This document shows, piece after piece, positions 1 through 13,932 of a stretch of DNA of 64,000 nt (the first letter of the stretch is position 1; each line of letters opens with the position of its first letter). The stretch lies in the NCBI GenBank assembly GCA_964016885.1, contig OZ024743.1, positions 179,304,001 to 179,368,000 of the forward strand, in the 5' to 3' direction. A program made the translations under genes and the position numbers. Below the pieces are notes generated by a model. The model saw nothing but the letters and a program-made list of their open reading frames with translations. It did not search any database and was not told the origin of the DNA. Origin of the DNA: Eledone cirrhosa (taxonomy: Eukaryota).

Positions 1-290
1 GATCGTAAGGTCTTGAGTACGATTACCGACGGCGCAATGTGTCCTTGAGTAAGACACTTTATTTCAAGCTGCTCCAGTCCTTTCAACTGGCAAAAATGAG
101 TTGAGTTGTACGCGTAATTCGAAGGGCTGGCCTTGTCACATTCTGTAACACGCTGAATCTCCCTGAGAACTAAGTTAATGGTACGCGTGTTTGTGGAAAG
201 CTCAATCACATGTTAATTTCACGAACAAGCTGTTCCGTTGATATTATCAACAGGAATACTCACCGCCATAACCGACGGAGTGCCACTGCT
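1..290 (+). mobile_element. SINE family B, partial (5' end cut by the window edge)
   Basis: GTGTCCTTGAGTAAGACACTTTATTTCAAGCTGCTCCAGT core; reverse-complement homology to 790-1110. Confidence 0.65.
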
Positions 291-789
291 ATATTTTACG
301 TTAGTGCTAACATATTTAATACATGGATCATAACATTACTAGCTGAGAAGATATACAATCTGTATAAAAAGTATTATTTTCAATTAGAAATACTAACAAC
401 GAACATATACGTATATATATAATACATAACCATTATGTTTCCATAATTGTATTTTCTGTATCATGTTGTGATGTTTATATCGTTAGGCCATACATGCTAA
501 CATTCAGTAATGTACTGGGTAATTTGCTGGCCTTATGCCTAAAATAGAAACAATTATATGTAAATAACTTAACTTTGCCGTTCATCCTTACGGGGTCGAT
601 AAACTAAAGTACCAGTAATACACTGTGATATTTGCTGGCCTTGTGCCAAAAGTAGAAACAATTATATGTAAATAAATTATGAAAGAAAATAACCTATTTA
701 CCAAATCTATATAAGAAGATATGACCATACATACATACATACGTGCATGCATACGTACATTCATACGTACATAGCTGCATAAATACATG

Positions 790-1110
790 TGGAGGCACTC
801 CGTAGGTTACGTGTTCCAGTTGATCCGATCAACGGAACAGCCAGCTGGTGAAATTAATGTGCAAGTGGCTTAGCATTTCACAGACAGGTGTACACTTAAC
901 CGAGTTCTCGGGGAGATTCAGCGAGACATATAATGTAGCAAAGCTGGCTCTTCGAATTACAGGTACAACTCAATTTTGCTAGCCGAGTCAACTGGAGCAA
1001 CATAAAGTAAAGTGTCTTGCTGAAGGAAATAACGCGCTGCCGGGAAGGGAACTCACAATCTTACAATTGTAATCCGAATACCCTCACCACAAAGCAATGC
1101 GCCTTCACAT
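790..1110 (-). mobile_element. tRNA-derived SINE family B
   Basis: Minus strand starts GTGAAGGCGCATTGCTTTGTGGTGAGG (A-box-like) followed by an AGCAAGACACTTTACTTTATGTTGCTCCAG core; ends at a (CATA)n tract. Related pieces at ~12065-12210, ~24990-25050 and ~43060-43162. Confidence 0.65.
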
Positions 1111-1167
1111 AGATACAAGATGGCTGCCCCCTCGTTATCGAGTATGGCCATTGCACGATATAACATT

Positions 1168-1350
1168 ATTGGCAGTATGGGTAGAGGGTCGGACGCTATG
1201 CTTTGAAGCATAGAGTTACCTCCCTGTATGATCTGAGTTCAAATCCCGCCGAAGTTAACTTTGCCTTTCATCCTTACGGGGTCGATAAAATAAAGTACCA
1301 GTAATGCACTGGATAATTGCTGGCCTTGTGCCCAAAGTAGAAACAATTAT
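1168..1350 (+). mobile_element. tRNA-derived SINE family A
   Basis: TGGCAGTATGGGTAG A-box, GAGTTCAAATCCC B-box, central TTTGCCTTTCATCCTTACGGGGTCGATAAAATAAAGTACCAG and an (ATT)n tail; about 12 related copies or fragments in the window. Confidence 0.85.
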
Positions 1351-1996
1351 TAATAATTATCAATTAATGTTATCGTGGAGTGCCTGTGCGTGGAGATTCT
1401 TTTTAAAGTAAGGAAATACTGTGCACTGAGCCAATCTCTGTGAACAGTAGCTATAACACGAAAAGAAGAAAATATCAACATCGGTAACTACTGAGCCGCA
1501 GGTTTTATGTCGGAGTTATCCCATACACACATACATACATAATACATACATACATACATACAAACAAACAAACAAACAAACAAACGCTATTGTTTTCAAA
1601 AATCAATGTAAGACGTGCATGAATATGCTGCTGGGATATCAGATAATTGTGTTCACACTGGGACCTCCAGTGTGTTATTTTGCCTACAGAAATCTCATAT
1701 ACCGACCTTCGACTGAAATTCCATATCATATGTAACACATATGAATGAACAATTAACCGTCTACATGTTGTCAACCATGATTAATTTCAACCACTTTTTC
1801 GTTTGTATGTCGCTATATTTTGTACTGCATGGTTTGCTTGTTATTTGTTCATATTACTACCCTTTCTGCCGGAATAAGAACGGATAAAATGGGTAACTTA
1901 ATACAGCTCATAAACCTAGAAGTAAAAAGCTGTATATAGCTATATATAGAGTGATGGTGAGAGAGGAGAACGAGATATCTAGTTATTTATATAGAA

Positions 1997-2159
<163 letters not shown>

Positions 2160-2175
2160 AACACATATATATATG

Positions 2176-2235
<60 letters not shown>

Positions 2236-2242
2236 CATATAT

Positions 2243-2466
2243 AGTAATAATAATAAATTTGAAGACTAAAATCCAAAGAGGGCTCGATAATGATAAATAT
2301 ATATCAAATATATAAGAACCCTAGAGCAAATATTTATTAAAATAACAGATTAAAGTTTAAGCAAAGAATCTCTGCTTTCACCCTTAACGGGATCTTCAGA
2401 AGATCCAGTGCAGGGTGAAAGCAGCGATTCTTTGCTTAAACTTTAATCTGTTATTTTAATAAATAT
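2243..2466 (-). mobile_element. Non-coding fold-back element with hammerhead core (Penelope terminal-repeat derivative)
   Basis: Arms ~2330-2397 and ~2400-2466 are inverted. Minus strand 2399-2354 reads CTGAAGA-TCCCGTTAAGGGT-GAAA-GCAGAGATTCTTTGC-TT. Flanked by (TA)n; homologous to 58366-58530. Confidence 0.7.
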
Positions 2467-2974
2467 ATACATACATATATATATATATATATAATAATAA
2501 TAAGGTTTGACGGACCCAGCATGTTTATCAATGCCAGTACCGGTTGTATCTCAGCGCACTCAGTGGGCAATGTAAGATACATTATCAGAGTATACACATA
2601 GTTATTTGCCTCAACACAACTAACGTAAAACGGGTGCCTATAAGGTTCCCGGACTCGAGTTTCTGTCGCACTAATGCAGCAGTAAGGTGCACTGCACCAT
2701 ATGTCTGCATATATTATGCAACAATGCACAATATATATATAGATAGATAGATAGATAACTTTCTATTTATTTGATTCCAGACCATAAAAGATTGGGACAA
2801 ATACAAGGGGGGGGGGGTTACATACAATAAAACGAGTACAAAAATATAACAAACAAAGTAAAACAATACAAGTCCTCAATAGGGAGGGGGCGTTTTTTGG
2901 GTCGCACATGCCGCCCCCGTAAAAAATGTGCAACCGTTCTCCTCAGGAGCACAAAGACAGGGTGCTCCCTTCTC

Positions 2975-5900
2975 CTATTCTTTCCACCTACAGGCTGATG
3001 TAGAGAGCCGGGCCATTCTTGCCACTTTCATCCACCTTTCATAAAACTGGCTGGGGTGGAGCACCTCTATCTCCATCCTGATCCTTCTTCCGAAATGATA
3101 TCGGAAGAAAAGGACCAGTTGTTGGCCGGAGAGAAAGGTCTCCGACCTTAGTCCTTTCAAACGCGTCCACCATACAACCTTTTTCACTATGGCTATTACA
3201 CAGAGGAAGACAGCCTCTCCTTCGTTTTTGAAGTGGGGAGGCGGTTTGATCGTAACAATGGACTTGGTGGTCAACCGGATTGGTCCCACCCGTGACAGCA
3301 GTCGTTCCACATAGCCCCACAGGTCGGCAACGCCCGGGCAGTGTACCAATGCATGCGCGACGATTTCCTCGTCGGGCACGCATCTCGGACAGATCTTTTT
3401 CGAAGGGTCCCTACCCGGGCGCCTGTGTCTGTAGAGCTTGTCTCGAACGGGCAGAGCCCCACGGTAGCACTGCCAGGCCAGGGACCTCTGGAAGTTGTCC
3501 ATCGGTCCCGGGCCAAATGTCTTACCGAACAGGCTGGCCAGTTCTTCCTCCTCCATACCTAGGGCTTCTCTGAGGGCGCCGTTGCACCTGCTGCTGACCA
3601 ACCCTCTATAGATTGTCGAGGTGGAGTCTCCACTGATAGCTGGGTCCGCCTGCCAAAGAGCCGTGAGCGCCTGAGCATACTCCGTGTGCCAGGCGCCCAG
3701 TTTTCTCGGTCTTTGCTTGACCCAGGATTGCAGCTCGGTAAGCGAGACGAGTCTCGGAAAGGCTTGCCTCACAAACGAGGCCCACACCGTTTGACCGGTG
3801 AGGAATACCTGGAGGTGCCGTAGCCCTAATGCGTATTTACGTATCTGCAGCCAAGGCATCCCCAGCCCTCCTTTCGAAGGGTGTTGACAGCAGATGGATC
3901 TTCTCACAAAAGGAGCCCGCTTCTTCCAAATGAATTGGAAGAGTGCGCGCTCCATTTTGGTGAGAGTTTCACCTGGGCAAGGCACAACAGTCAAGCAGTA
4001 ATAGATGACGGACGCTATATAAGCGTTCGCCACCTCTGCCCGACCTTTCAGGCATAGTTTGCACTCGGGCCACTTCTGGACCAGTGCAAACACCCTGTTC
4101 GTTACCTCACCCCAGTTCTTCTCCACCTGGAGGTCTGGCCCAACCAAACCAGCTTCACCGGGCCCTCCGTCCAGCGTCCGACAACGCCGTCGGAGGGCAT
4201 TGGATTTCCCCTCCACGCGCCGAGTTGCAAACCGACGGACTTGTCCCGGTTCAGCTTCGCCCCTGTAAATCTTTCGTATTCCTCCAGTAAGGTGCCGATC
4301 ACTCCGATTTCCGAGGTACTCGACACCATTACCGTCACGTCATCGGCGTAGGCCGACACCGCTTTCCGCAATCCCGGTTCCAAGCGGATGCCTTGCAATA
4401 ACTCGAACTTCCGCAGCATTGGCTCGAGAGCCAGCACATACTCGATTTGGAACGGCTCCGAGAGGTAGCCGTTCACCTTGACCCTCATCAGATGCGGCTG
4501 CTGTGCATGGCAGTAATCCAGCCCCTGAAAACAGGTCAGAAACCTGCCACCGCTAGCACCACATCCAGGTAACCATGGTCGACCCTATCGAACGCCTTAG
4601 ATTGATCCAAGTTGATCAGGGCCCCACCAAAGCCGTTTCATTTTCTACCCTCTCTATGATGTATCGCATGAGGTGGAGGTTGTCGTGAATGGATCTGGAC
4701 GGGATAGCGCATGTCTGTGCATCTCACACCAGGTTGCCCACGACAAGCGCCAACCTCTTTGCTAACACTTTGGCCAAAATCTGTAACTCTGCATTTAGCA
4801 GAGTTATGGGCCTGAAATTACTTATTTTATCTCCCTTGTTCTCATCCTTCCTCCCTAGCGAGACTACGCCCTTGGTCACGGAACAGGGAATTCTCCCGTT
4901 CTGTGCCAGTTGCAGTAGACCGCCTCGAGGAGATCGGAGAAAAAGTCCGGCATCGCCACATAAAGTATGGAAGACCATCGACACCCGGGGATTTGCGTTT
5001 GCCGCAATGGCTCAGCACGTCCCCTATTTCAGCAGCTGAAATCGGCCTTTCGCAGGACTTCGCCTCCTCGTTCGAAAGACGTGGTAGGCCGTCGAGGTAT
5101 GAACCGAAATCCACATCCCAATCCGGCCCCCGTCGCTCCCGAACAGTCGTGCAAAGTGCCTTTGAAAGAACTCACACATCTGTCCAGGTTCAAGGATCAC
5201 CCGTCCATCCTGGTCCTTCAAAGACCGGATAGTGGATTTAATCCCACGTTTGGCTTCCGTCACGCGGGCCCAGCTAACAGCTTTGGCCACCTCGTTTCCT
5301 ATAGCACGTATTCTGCTTCTGACAACGCAGCCTTCGTGCTTCGCGTCGAAAAACTGGTCTAAGGACGTTCTCGACGCTAGCACTCTGGCTACGTTGCCGC
5401 TTCTAATCGCCTCTTCTACTCTATCTACCAACTCCCTTTCCTTCCTATTCCTATCTGAGGCTAATTCCTTACTAAAACTTATCGAGACTACTCTAATCTG
5501 TCTCTTGAGAGATCCCCACCACCTTCTGTTGACGATAGCCCCATCAACCGTGCCTTAACTAAAGCGCTAATCCGATCCCTGTAAGCTTTACTTGCCGGTA
5601 AGGACAAGTTCAGCTTCCGGTAACCGGGTCCCTGACTATGCGTTCTATCAAGGTTGACTAAGGAGGTCACTAATTTGTGATCTGAATAGCCAACCATGCG
5701 CATCTCTGAACAACTTAGTAGGTCCCTATCCTTATTTCTAACTAGGACCCTATCTAGATACGACCTAGATAATCCGCCGAGGTTAGTCTAAGTCCAGGTT
5801 GGGGCAGTCGGAAAATCTAGTCGATATCTATCGGCCAGGTCAAATCGGCCGATTAACCGTTTGAGGCTGTTACACACTCTCTATCGGGACATGCCTCTAC

Positions 5901-6332
5901 ATAGTCCCAACGTGCATCTAGGATACCATTCCAATCCCCCACTAAAAGCAAGGAGCGAGAAGTCCCTAGAAAAGTCTCCAGACGTTGGAAGAAGTCCAGC
6001 CTCACTGCCCCAAAAGGGGCATAGGTGGCGACCAGCCTAAAGGCTCCACCTTCACCACTGCCAACGTCTAGTACCACCAGTCAACCCTCCGGGTCCACGT
6101 GCACCGTCTGCGTTGCGAGGCCCATGTGTTTTTGCAGCAGAACGATAACCCCACCCCCACCACTTGGCTGAGAGAGAGATGCATAGATCACAAAGTCGTT
6201 AATGGTGGGAGCTAGCTGACGTTCACTGCTGACCCTGGACTCGCAAATAGCCATGACATTTATACTGCGCGACTTGAGGTAATTTAGAAGTTTTACCTGC
6301 TTCCAAGGTGAGCTCAGGCCACGCGCATTCAA
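2975..6332 (-). pseudogene. LINE ORF2 (APE endonuclease - reverse transcriptase - CCHC), multiply frameshifted
   Basis: NARGL, ICES, LVGDWN and SDHKLV (APE); KSPGVDGLP, NFRPITLLNAELQILAKVLAKRL, DQSKAFDRV and AYADDV (RT); CPRC..EIVAHALVHC at the C-terminus. Motifs are spread over several frames. Confidence 0.9.
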
Positions 6333-6992
6333 ACATCATACTCTCAATACAGCCGTGTTGGCGGCGAAGGGGAAGAAAAAGAAAAGGCACAACTTCCATT
6401 GGGGTGAGGGAGGGGTTGTTGGGTGGGTGGTGGTTTGTGGTGGTGTGGGGACATCAGAGTGTGGTGGGTTTGGGGGTGTTTGGTGTGGTGTGGGTGTCTG
6501 GGGTGGGGCTGGGGAATTTTCAAGAGGACGCGGTTCATTGGTTTTACACAGGGGGGGGGGGGGGGACCCACGTCCTCAGGAAAATTGTCTTTTAGTTCTA
6601 TATAAATGTCTATCGGAGTTTTAATCATTTTTAAAGAGGGGTTCTCTGTGTCCCTCGTGAAATTTGGCCCTTCGGTTTGCAGCGAAGGGTTTTGTTCAAT
6701 TTTGTTTACAAGTTTTATATTGTTTGTGTTGAAGTATGTGTATAGCTGTGTCTGTGTAATTTTTGTTGGTTTTGTTCTGTATTTTTCTTTGTGTGGGTGC
6801 GGTGTGTTTTCTTTTTTTTTACTTTTTGGAAGGGTTCCCCCTCGTCTACTGACGTTAAGTGATCCTCTTCCATTTTGCAGGGGACGGGTATATTTTGGGG
6901 TTTTGTTATGTATGTTGTTGGAGTTGTTTTAGGTGGGGAGGGGTTGGGTGGGACTGTGTTCAGTTTTTTGTTGACTTGTTGTGTTTGTTGTT

Positions 6993-8267
6993 TTAGGGGT
7001 GGTGGTCGTGGTGGTGGTGGTGTTGTGTTTTTGGATTTGTTTTGGGTGTGGAGAGTTGGGTGGGTCCGTGTTCAGTTTTTTGTTGACTTGTTTTTTGTTG
7101 TGGTGGTGGTGTTGTTGTTTTTGGAGATGTTGGCAGTAAAGGTTTTTTAGTTTGTTGAGGACAGGCAGCCCTCAGGTGACCTCTGCCTCCACAGAGGTAG
7201 CAAGCGGGCCGCCTACCCTCAACTGCAATGTTCATAAATGGGGAGCCTTCCAGGGACACTCTTTGGGGTATCTTTGCGATACGTTCTGGTTTCATTCGAA
7301 CCAGAACCTGTATGCCTATACCGCCAAAGTGGCCCCTGGTGGCTTTGCCTATATCAAGGAGTTCATCTTCGTCGTCCAGTATCCCTCCTAGTATCCACCA
7401 CATATTTGTATTTGGGTGTATACCGGAGATTGTTATTTTTTCAGTTTTCTTCCCCATGTAGGTGGGGAAGAAAGTGTACTGTCTGGACACAATTGGCGAC
7501 ACCGAGTATTTTTGGGCCACCAGTTGGTCCTTCATCAACATTATCAGACTCCCATAAAACTTCCCTCTCTCAATAAAAATCATGTCCTTCAACGCGTCTT
7601 TTAACACCAGCTCACTTTTGCTATGCGATAGTTGAGCTAGTTTTTTCGACGCATTTGATATAATTCTAAAATTAATGGTCCTTAGGACCGTGTCTCTTTT
7701 AATATCCTTAGGGGAGATTATGGTGAAGTCACCGGTTTCACCAAAGCTCACCTGTTTTCTCCCCTCTTTTAGCAATTCCGCTGCATTACTGATATCAACT
7801 GGGGTGAAAGTTTCGGTCTCCTTAACGACCTGGGATATTCGTGTAGTGGGGTCTTTTTTTGTGTTTCCTTGCTGTTGTTCTTGTTTTCTTGGGTGTTGGC
7901 GTTTTGGTTGTTGTTGTTTGCGGTACAGTTTTGGGGGTTTTGACACATTTTTTTCGTGTTTTGAGTTCACTTTTATGTTGTTTTCTTTGTCATTGTTGCT
8001 GCTGCTTTCGCTTTTGTGTGTGTTTGTGTTATTTTCTTTGTTATTTGTGTTGGTGTTGTTGGTGTCAGTGTAATTTATACATTATTTCAATTTACTGTTT
8101 CCATTTTGGGGGTTATTACCCAAGTTTTTACAATTGTTCGCCAAATCCACTTCCATACTGGCATGCGAAAGCGAGAGAAGGGAAGCTTCAGTAGGTTGAG
8201 TTACTTGTTTCTCTTTATCACTTTCCCTGGGGGGCGTGGCAGTGGTGTTTTCATGTATGGTGTCCAT
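6993..8267 (-). pseudogene. LINE ORF1 (gag-like, zinc knuckle)
   Basis: CYLCGGRGHLRAAC (CX2CX4HX4C) in ORF 6993-7970. ORF 8082-8339 is in the same frame, separated by a single TAA at 8082-8084. Confidence 0.8.
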
Positions 8268-8502
8268 TATTGTAAGTTGGCATACACATTTTTCAAAGTA
8301 GTTTTTATCCCCCAAAAGGGGTAAAAATAAAATAACCACCCGTCTGCAAGTCCAGGCAGGAGGTTAGGTCACACAAATAAAACAAATGAAACATAAACTC
8401 ACAGTCAAAAACGTAATACAAATCCAAAAAGGCTGCTGCCGAAGTAACACACGTCTACTATCAGCGATAGATATAGATATAGCTAGATATAGATAGATAG
8501 AT

Positions 8503-9452
8503 ATCTTTCTTTATCTGCCTCAGGGACGTACAAAAATGGGACATTACAAGACATGACGGCGGGGTTTTACATAAAATCTTTAACAATGTTAAATAACAAT
8601 AAACTATATAAAGATATAACAACTGAAATCCGCATTAGAGAGGGGGGGTAACGCTACTGTGGGGTTGTTTTACACCACGTGGATAGAACAACCCTCAACA
8701 CCAGGAACACGTTTTGTAGGTGTTCCCGTCTTGACCTCTGTTTATTTTCCTCAACCTACAGGTTTATATACAGAGAAGGCCCATTCACCCGGGCCATTTT
8801 CGCCACATTCTCCCATCTTTCAGCGAATTTACTGGGGTGTAGCACCCCTCTTTCCACTCTCATCCGCCTTCTGAAGTGGTACTTAAAGAAGGGGATGAGT
8901 TGTTGTCCGGAGAGAAAGGTGCTTGCCCTCAGTCCTTTTAACCTCGTCCACCATATTACCTCTTTCGCCATAGTTACCAAACAGAGGAAGACCGCCTCTC
9001 CTTCATTCGTAAATGGGGGCGGCGGGGTGGTCCTCATGATGGACTTCACTGACAACTGGATGCGTGACAGTAGCTGTTCGACATAATTCCACAGGTTGGT
9101 CACCCCTGGGCACCGAACAATTGCGTGCAGAACGGTTTCGATGTCCTGCTCGCATCTTGAACAGGTCCTTTTGGCAGGGTCTCTGCCAGGGCGTCCGTGC
9201 CTGTAGAACTGGTAGAACTCCTCGGTAGCACTGCCAGGCAAGAGACCTCTGGAAGTTATCCATAGGCCCTGGACGGAAAGTCCTCCCGAACAAACTGGTC
9301 AGTTCGTCTTCGTCAATGCCTAGAATTTCCCCGGGGACGTCGTCGCACTTATCCTCCACTAATCCCCTATAGAATGTCGAAGTGGAGTCTCCGCTGATTG
9401 CCGTTTCCGCTTGGTAGAGGGCTGTGAGCGTCTGAAGGCACTCGAGGTGCAA
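8503..9452 (-). mobile_element. 5'-truncated copy of a related Tx1-like LINE
   Basis: Encodes GPMDNFQRSLAWQCYRG and CSRCEQDIETVLHAIVRCP, homologous to ORF 2975-4216. Flanked by GATATAGATATAGCTA(G/C)ATATAGATAGA at ~8470 and ~9455. Confidence 0.88.
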
Positions 9453-9897
9453 GAGATATAGATATAGCTACATATAGATAGAAAGATAGAGATATAGATA
9501 TAGCTAGATATAGATAGATTGATTGATTGATTGATTGGTAGATAGATAGATAGATAGAGAGAGGATATTTATGTTTGTAAGTTTGAATATCATAATAAGG
9601 TAAGAGCGAGAATGACTAAGGCAACATTTAGTTAAGCAATTAACGAGAAATGGAAACAAGCTACTAAAAGTGAAACAGTGAAGAATGGAAATGAAAAAGG
9701 AAAAGTCAACAATAAATACATCAATAAATAAAAAGATGAATAAATAAATGTTTAGGAATTGAGAGAAGAGAATAATAAGGAAATAGGAAGGAATACAAGT
9801 GAAAGGAAGAAACATTAAATGAGAGGAAAAAGTGACAGAAAGTTAAAAAGAACGAAATAGAATAGACGGCGATGTATTTGTTTTGCAAGGTTTTTGA

Positions 9898-10102
9898 TAT
9901 GAAATCATGTGTTGAAATGGATATTGTTATATTTGGGGAGAGTTATGTTGTCATAATATTTCCAAAAAAATAGTAAAACGCATTCACTGTTTAGTTTGTT
10001 GCTATGAAATCGTGTGTTTAAACAGGTATTGTTATATTTGGGGAGGATCATGTTATCCTAATATTGACCCCAAAATAGTAAAACACACTTACTGTTTGGT
10101 TT
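9898..10102. repeat. ~105-bp tandem duplication of a dispersed repeat
   Basis: ATGAAATC(A/G)TGTGTT..GTTATATTTGGGGAG unit present twice; related sequence at ~37590-37680. Confidence 0.55.
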
Positions 10103-10344
10103 GGTTTTTGTTCAGTGTATTTGTATAGAAATAGAATAGGTAACATGAGAAAGAAGGAAGAAGTGATCAAAAACTGAGAGATAGTAGTATAAAGGAAACA
10201 TCATTATTCCACGTACACCAACCAAAATAAAATATAACTATGATATAAATATAAATGTATTTAAAAAACAGTAAATTACAGCAAAGATGTCTCTTGATGT
10301 GCAGCAAAGACAACTAACAACAGTGAAATTATAAAAAAAAAACA

Positions 10345-10504
10345 TACCGTATTTCCCGGCGTCGAAGACGCTACATTTTTCCTGAAATAAGTCTCAAAAA
10401 TCTAACATGCGTCCTGGAGGCCGAAGGTTGTTTATTATTTTATTTTTTTCAAATTTTTGGTTGTTAAAATTAGGGTGCGTCTTCGGCCCCCTGGAAATGC
10501 GATA
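10345..10504. mobile_element. pogo/Tigger-like MITE
   Basis: TACCGTATTTCCCGGCGTCGAAGACGC at the left and degenerate GCGTCTTCGGCCCCCTGGAAATGCGAT at the right form imperfect TIRs. Confidence 0.5.
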
Positions 10505-10644
10505 ATTAAATTACATTTCAAATGAATCAAAATTGAAACCTTTACTGGAATTAATGAAAAAAACTTAAATTCCTTTACTACTTTCGAGAATGATCTTTAG
10601 TAAAATGGACATCAACTTTCTCTTTCAGATTTAACACATAATCC

Positions 10645-10646
<2 letters not shown>

Positions 10647-10675
<29 letters not shown>

Positions 10676-10710
10676 CTTCTTCTTCTTCTTCTTCTTCTTC
10701 TTCTTCTTCT

Positions 10711-10757
<47 letters not shown>
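10647..10757. repeat. (TTC)n-(GTC)n compound microsatellite
   Basis: Directly visible. Confidence 0.95.
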
Positions 10758-11757
10758 TCTTCATTTTTCTTCTCTTTTTTTTCTCTTTCTTCTTCGCTTT
10801 ATTCATCTTGTTTTATCTTTCTTCTCCTTTTTCTTCTTCGTCTCTTTTTTCTTCTTATTACTATTATTACTCTCACACTACTCCTCTAGTAATATGTTCC
10901 TTTTATCATTCCTCGGCTATCTCCTGCGCAACATCTATACCGCCCTTTCTTTCTTTCTTTCTTTCTGTGTAACTCGCCCTTTCACACACCTCCAGAGCCC
11001 ACACAGAGATGATGATATTGACAGAAGTGAACTGATTACATGTGGATACATATTGACAATGGTGATGCTGATAGCAACAGTTGTTGTGGTGATAGTGGCG
11101 ACGGTATGGTGTCAGTGGTGGAGATGATCGGTAGTAGCGGTGGACCTGTGGCGGTGGTTGTGGTCGTGGTGGTAGTGTTGATGTTGGTGAACGTGCTGTG
11201 AATGCTTTTGATAAAAAGATGAGGAAAAAAATTCATACTGATATTATTCATAACGGTGAATAAATAAATAAAGGCCATAATATCGTAGATATGGCCTTGA
11301 CAATGATAATTACCATAACAGTACTGTATTGGGGGAAAACAGGATTATGTAATATCTATATATTACTAAAAGTCTGTGATTGCTTGATTGTTTCTTTGCT
11401 TGCTTGTTGTTTGCTTGTCTGTATTGTAATACAGCCAAAAGGGTGCATAATGGCAAAATACTTTGAAATAAGTTTCGCATAAATCGAAGCACGGGTTCCG
11501 GAGATATGGGGTTTTCTGTGTACCTTCATAAACATAGAGAGAGGGATAGAGAAAAAGAGATAGTAGTTGTGACAGAGTATATTGAAAGAGAGATATAGAG
11601 AGAGGGAGAGGCCACAGAAAAGGAGAATGGAAGAGAGAGAGAGAGTCGGGTTATTGTGTATATATATATATATATACGTGTGTATATGTGTGTGTGAGTC
11701 TATGACCAGCATGTATAGATCACAGACACTCACACACACACATATATATATATACAG

Positions 11758-11836
<79 letters not shown>

Positions 11837-13217
11837 TTTATATATATATATTCACACACATATATATATATATATACATACACACACATATATATATATA
11901 TATATGGGCCTTCCAGTTTCATTTCACATTATATACATGTCTGTGTATATTTTAATTATTTAAAAATTATTTTTAAGTGAACATGATTTTTAAAAAATAT
12001 TTTGAAATGAACGTGATGCAACTGGTCACGGGTGGTCTTGTATATATATAATCGAAGTTAACTTGGAAGCACTTGGACTAGTGGTAGAGGTGAATTATGG
12101 TCTTAATGTTTTGGGTTCGACTCTTGGACTGTGTTCTGTGTTGTGTTCTTGAGCAAAACACTTCATTTCACGTTGCTCCAGTATACTAATCTGAAAATGC
12201 GTACCAGAAACACTAGTAGGGTGTTTGTCCGAAATCAAGACCGAATACTATCGAAAAGAATTCCATAACTATTCTGGTTAACTGCATCTACCGAATATGT
12301 GTAGGGTGTTGGTGGTGAATACGAATATGTAACATTTATCAATACATGTAATGTTACTAGAATGCGACGAATTGGCAGAGTCATAACAACGTCGGCCAAT
12401 GCTTTGTGATATTCCTTCCAGCTCTCTGCTCTCTTAGTTCAAATCCTGCCGACGTCAACTTTGTCTTTCATCTATTCGAGGTTGATAAAAAAAAATACCA
12501 GTCAAGTACTGGTGTCCATTCTTCCTCATTTTCACTTCCTCTCTCTCACTTTTCTCCTTTGACAGAAAGTTTTCGCCTTTATTCAAATAATTATTGATTT
12601 TGACTTTTTTTTAACATTTGAAATATTTTACAAGTCAAAATAAACACCATCATTTGCGATTACTGTCTGCCAGTTTTTAGGAAGCCTCATGATTCCATCC
12701 CAGCAGACGTTTTATGGCTTTGATGCAAAGAATTCCGTCAGCCTCTAATTTAACTGGTCTTCATTGCTAATTAAAAGAAAAAGGTGATAGTCTGTATGTA
12801 CAATGTTAGGCGAATTAGGTAGGTGAGGTAGAAACTCCAAGCCTAGATTCAACGTCTTCTCACGGTCATCCTAAATGTATGATGAAGTTAGTTATCGTCA
12901 AGAAATTGAATACGACATTATACGACATTATACGTAAATATTTGAAAAACGAAGAATTTGACAGAAATGTCTTATGAAATTCAAACAGGTTTCTTCAATT
13001 TTCTCAATCTTATTTGACTAGTAATCATATGTAACTTATCTCCTTGTGCAGTATAAGATACTTTTCCAGTGATATGATTTTTTACTGAAGAATTGAAATC
13101 CGTCAAATTTATCTTACCTTGGAAATATTTTATACGATACAAGTTATATACATTTGTCTAGAGGTGTGTAGACCACACGCACATACACAAACACACATAC
13201 ATGCACACATACATCCC

Positions 13218-13372
<155 letters not shown>

Positions 13373-13394
13373 AGAGAGAGAGCACCTTCAGTAT

Positions 13395-13438
<44 letters not shown>

Positions 13439-13845
13439 CGTTTGTGTATCAAAAAGGCTATATTTCAAAAGGCTATATCGTTCAAAGAAATTACCAGAGA
13501 ACCAAGTGGTAGCTTGTACAATACATGTCCGAATAGAAAGTTTTGTCCTTTTTTATAACTTATAAATTTATAATGTGACCATTTTTTAAATTTGTAAATA
13601 AAATCGGGAAATTTGTTTTGATACCCACTGTGCGCGCACACACACAGATATATTTATAAACAGAGAGAAAGAGAAAGAGAGATAATCTCGAGGTGCTTAG
13701 ACCGGTGAGACCACTAATCATGTAGAGATGCATAACTGGTATTGAGATACCTAAAATCCCGACCGCGGCGCAAAGCGGTTTCGTCCTGAAACAAATCGGA
13801 ATCGCTAAGAACCGCATTCGGGATTTTACATATCTCCCTCTCTCT

Positions 13846-13914
<69 letters not shown>

Positions 13915-13932
13915 AGTGTATATATATATATA

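Larger units (their letters stand above)
2757..8465 (-). mobile_element. Tx1/L1-clade non-LTR retrotransposon, near full-length, degraded
   Basis: ORF1 with a CCHC knuckle followed by APE endonuclease, RT and C-terminal CCHC fragments in the expected order; both ends abut GATA-type repeats. Confidence 0.9.

Noticed and set aside
10612-10806. Poly-arginine protamine-like ORF
   Set aside because: Reverse translation of the (TTC)n(GTC)n repeat.
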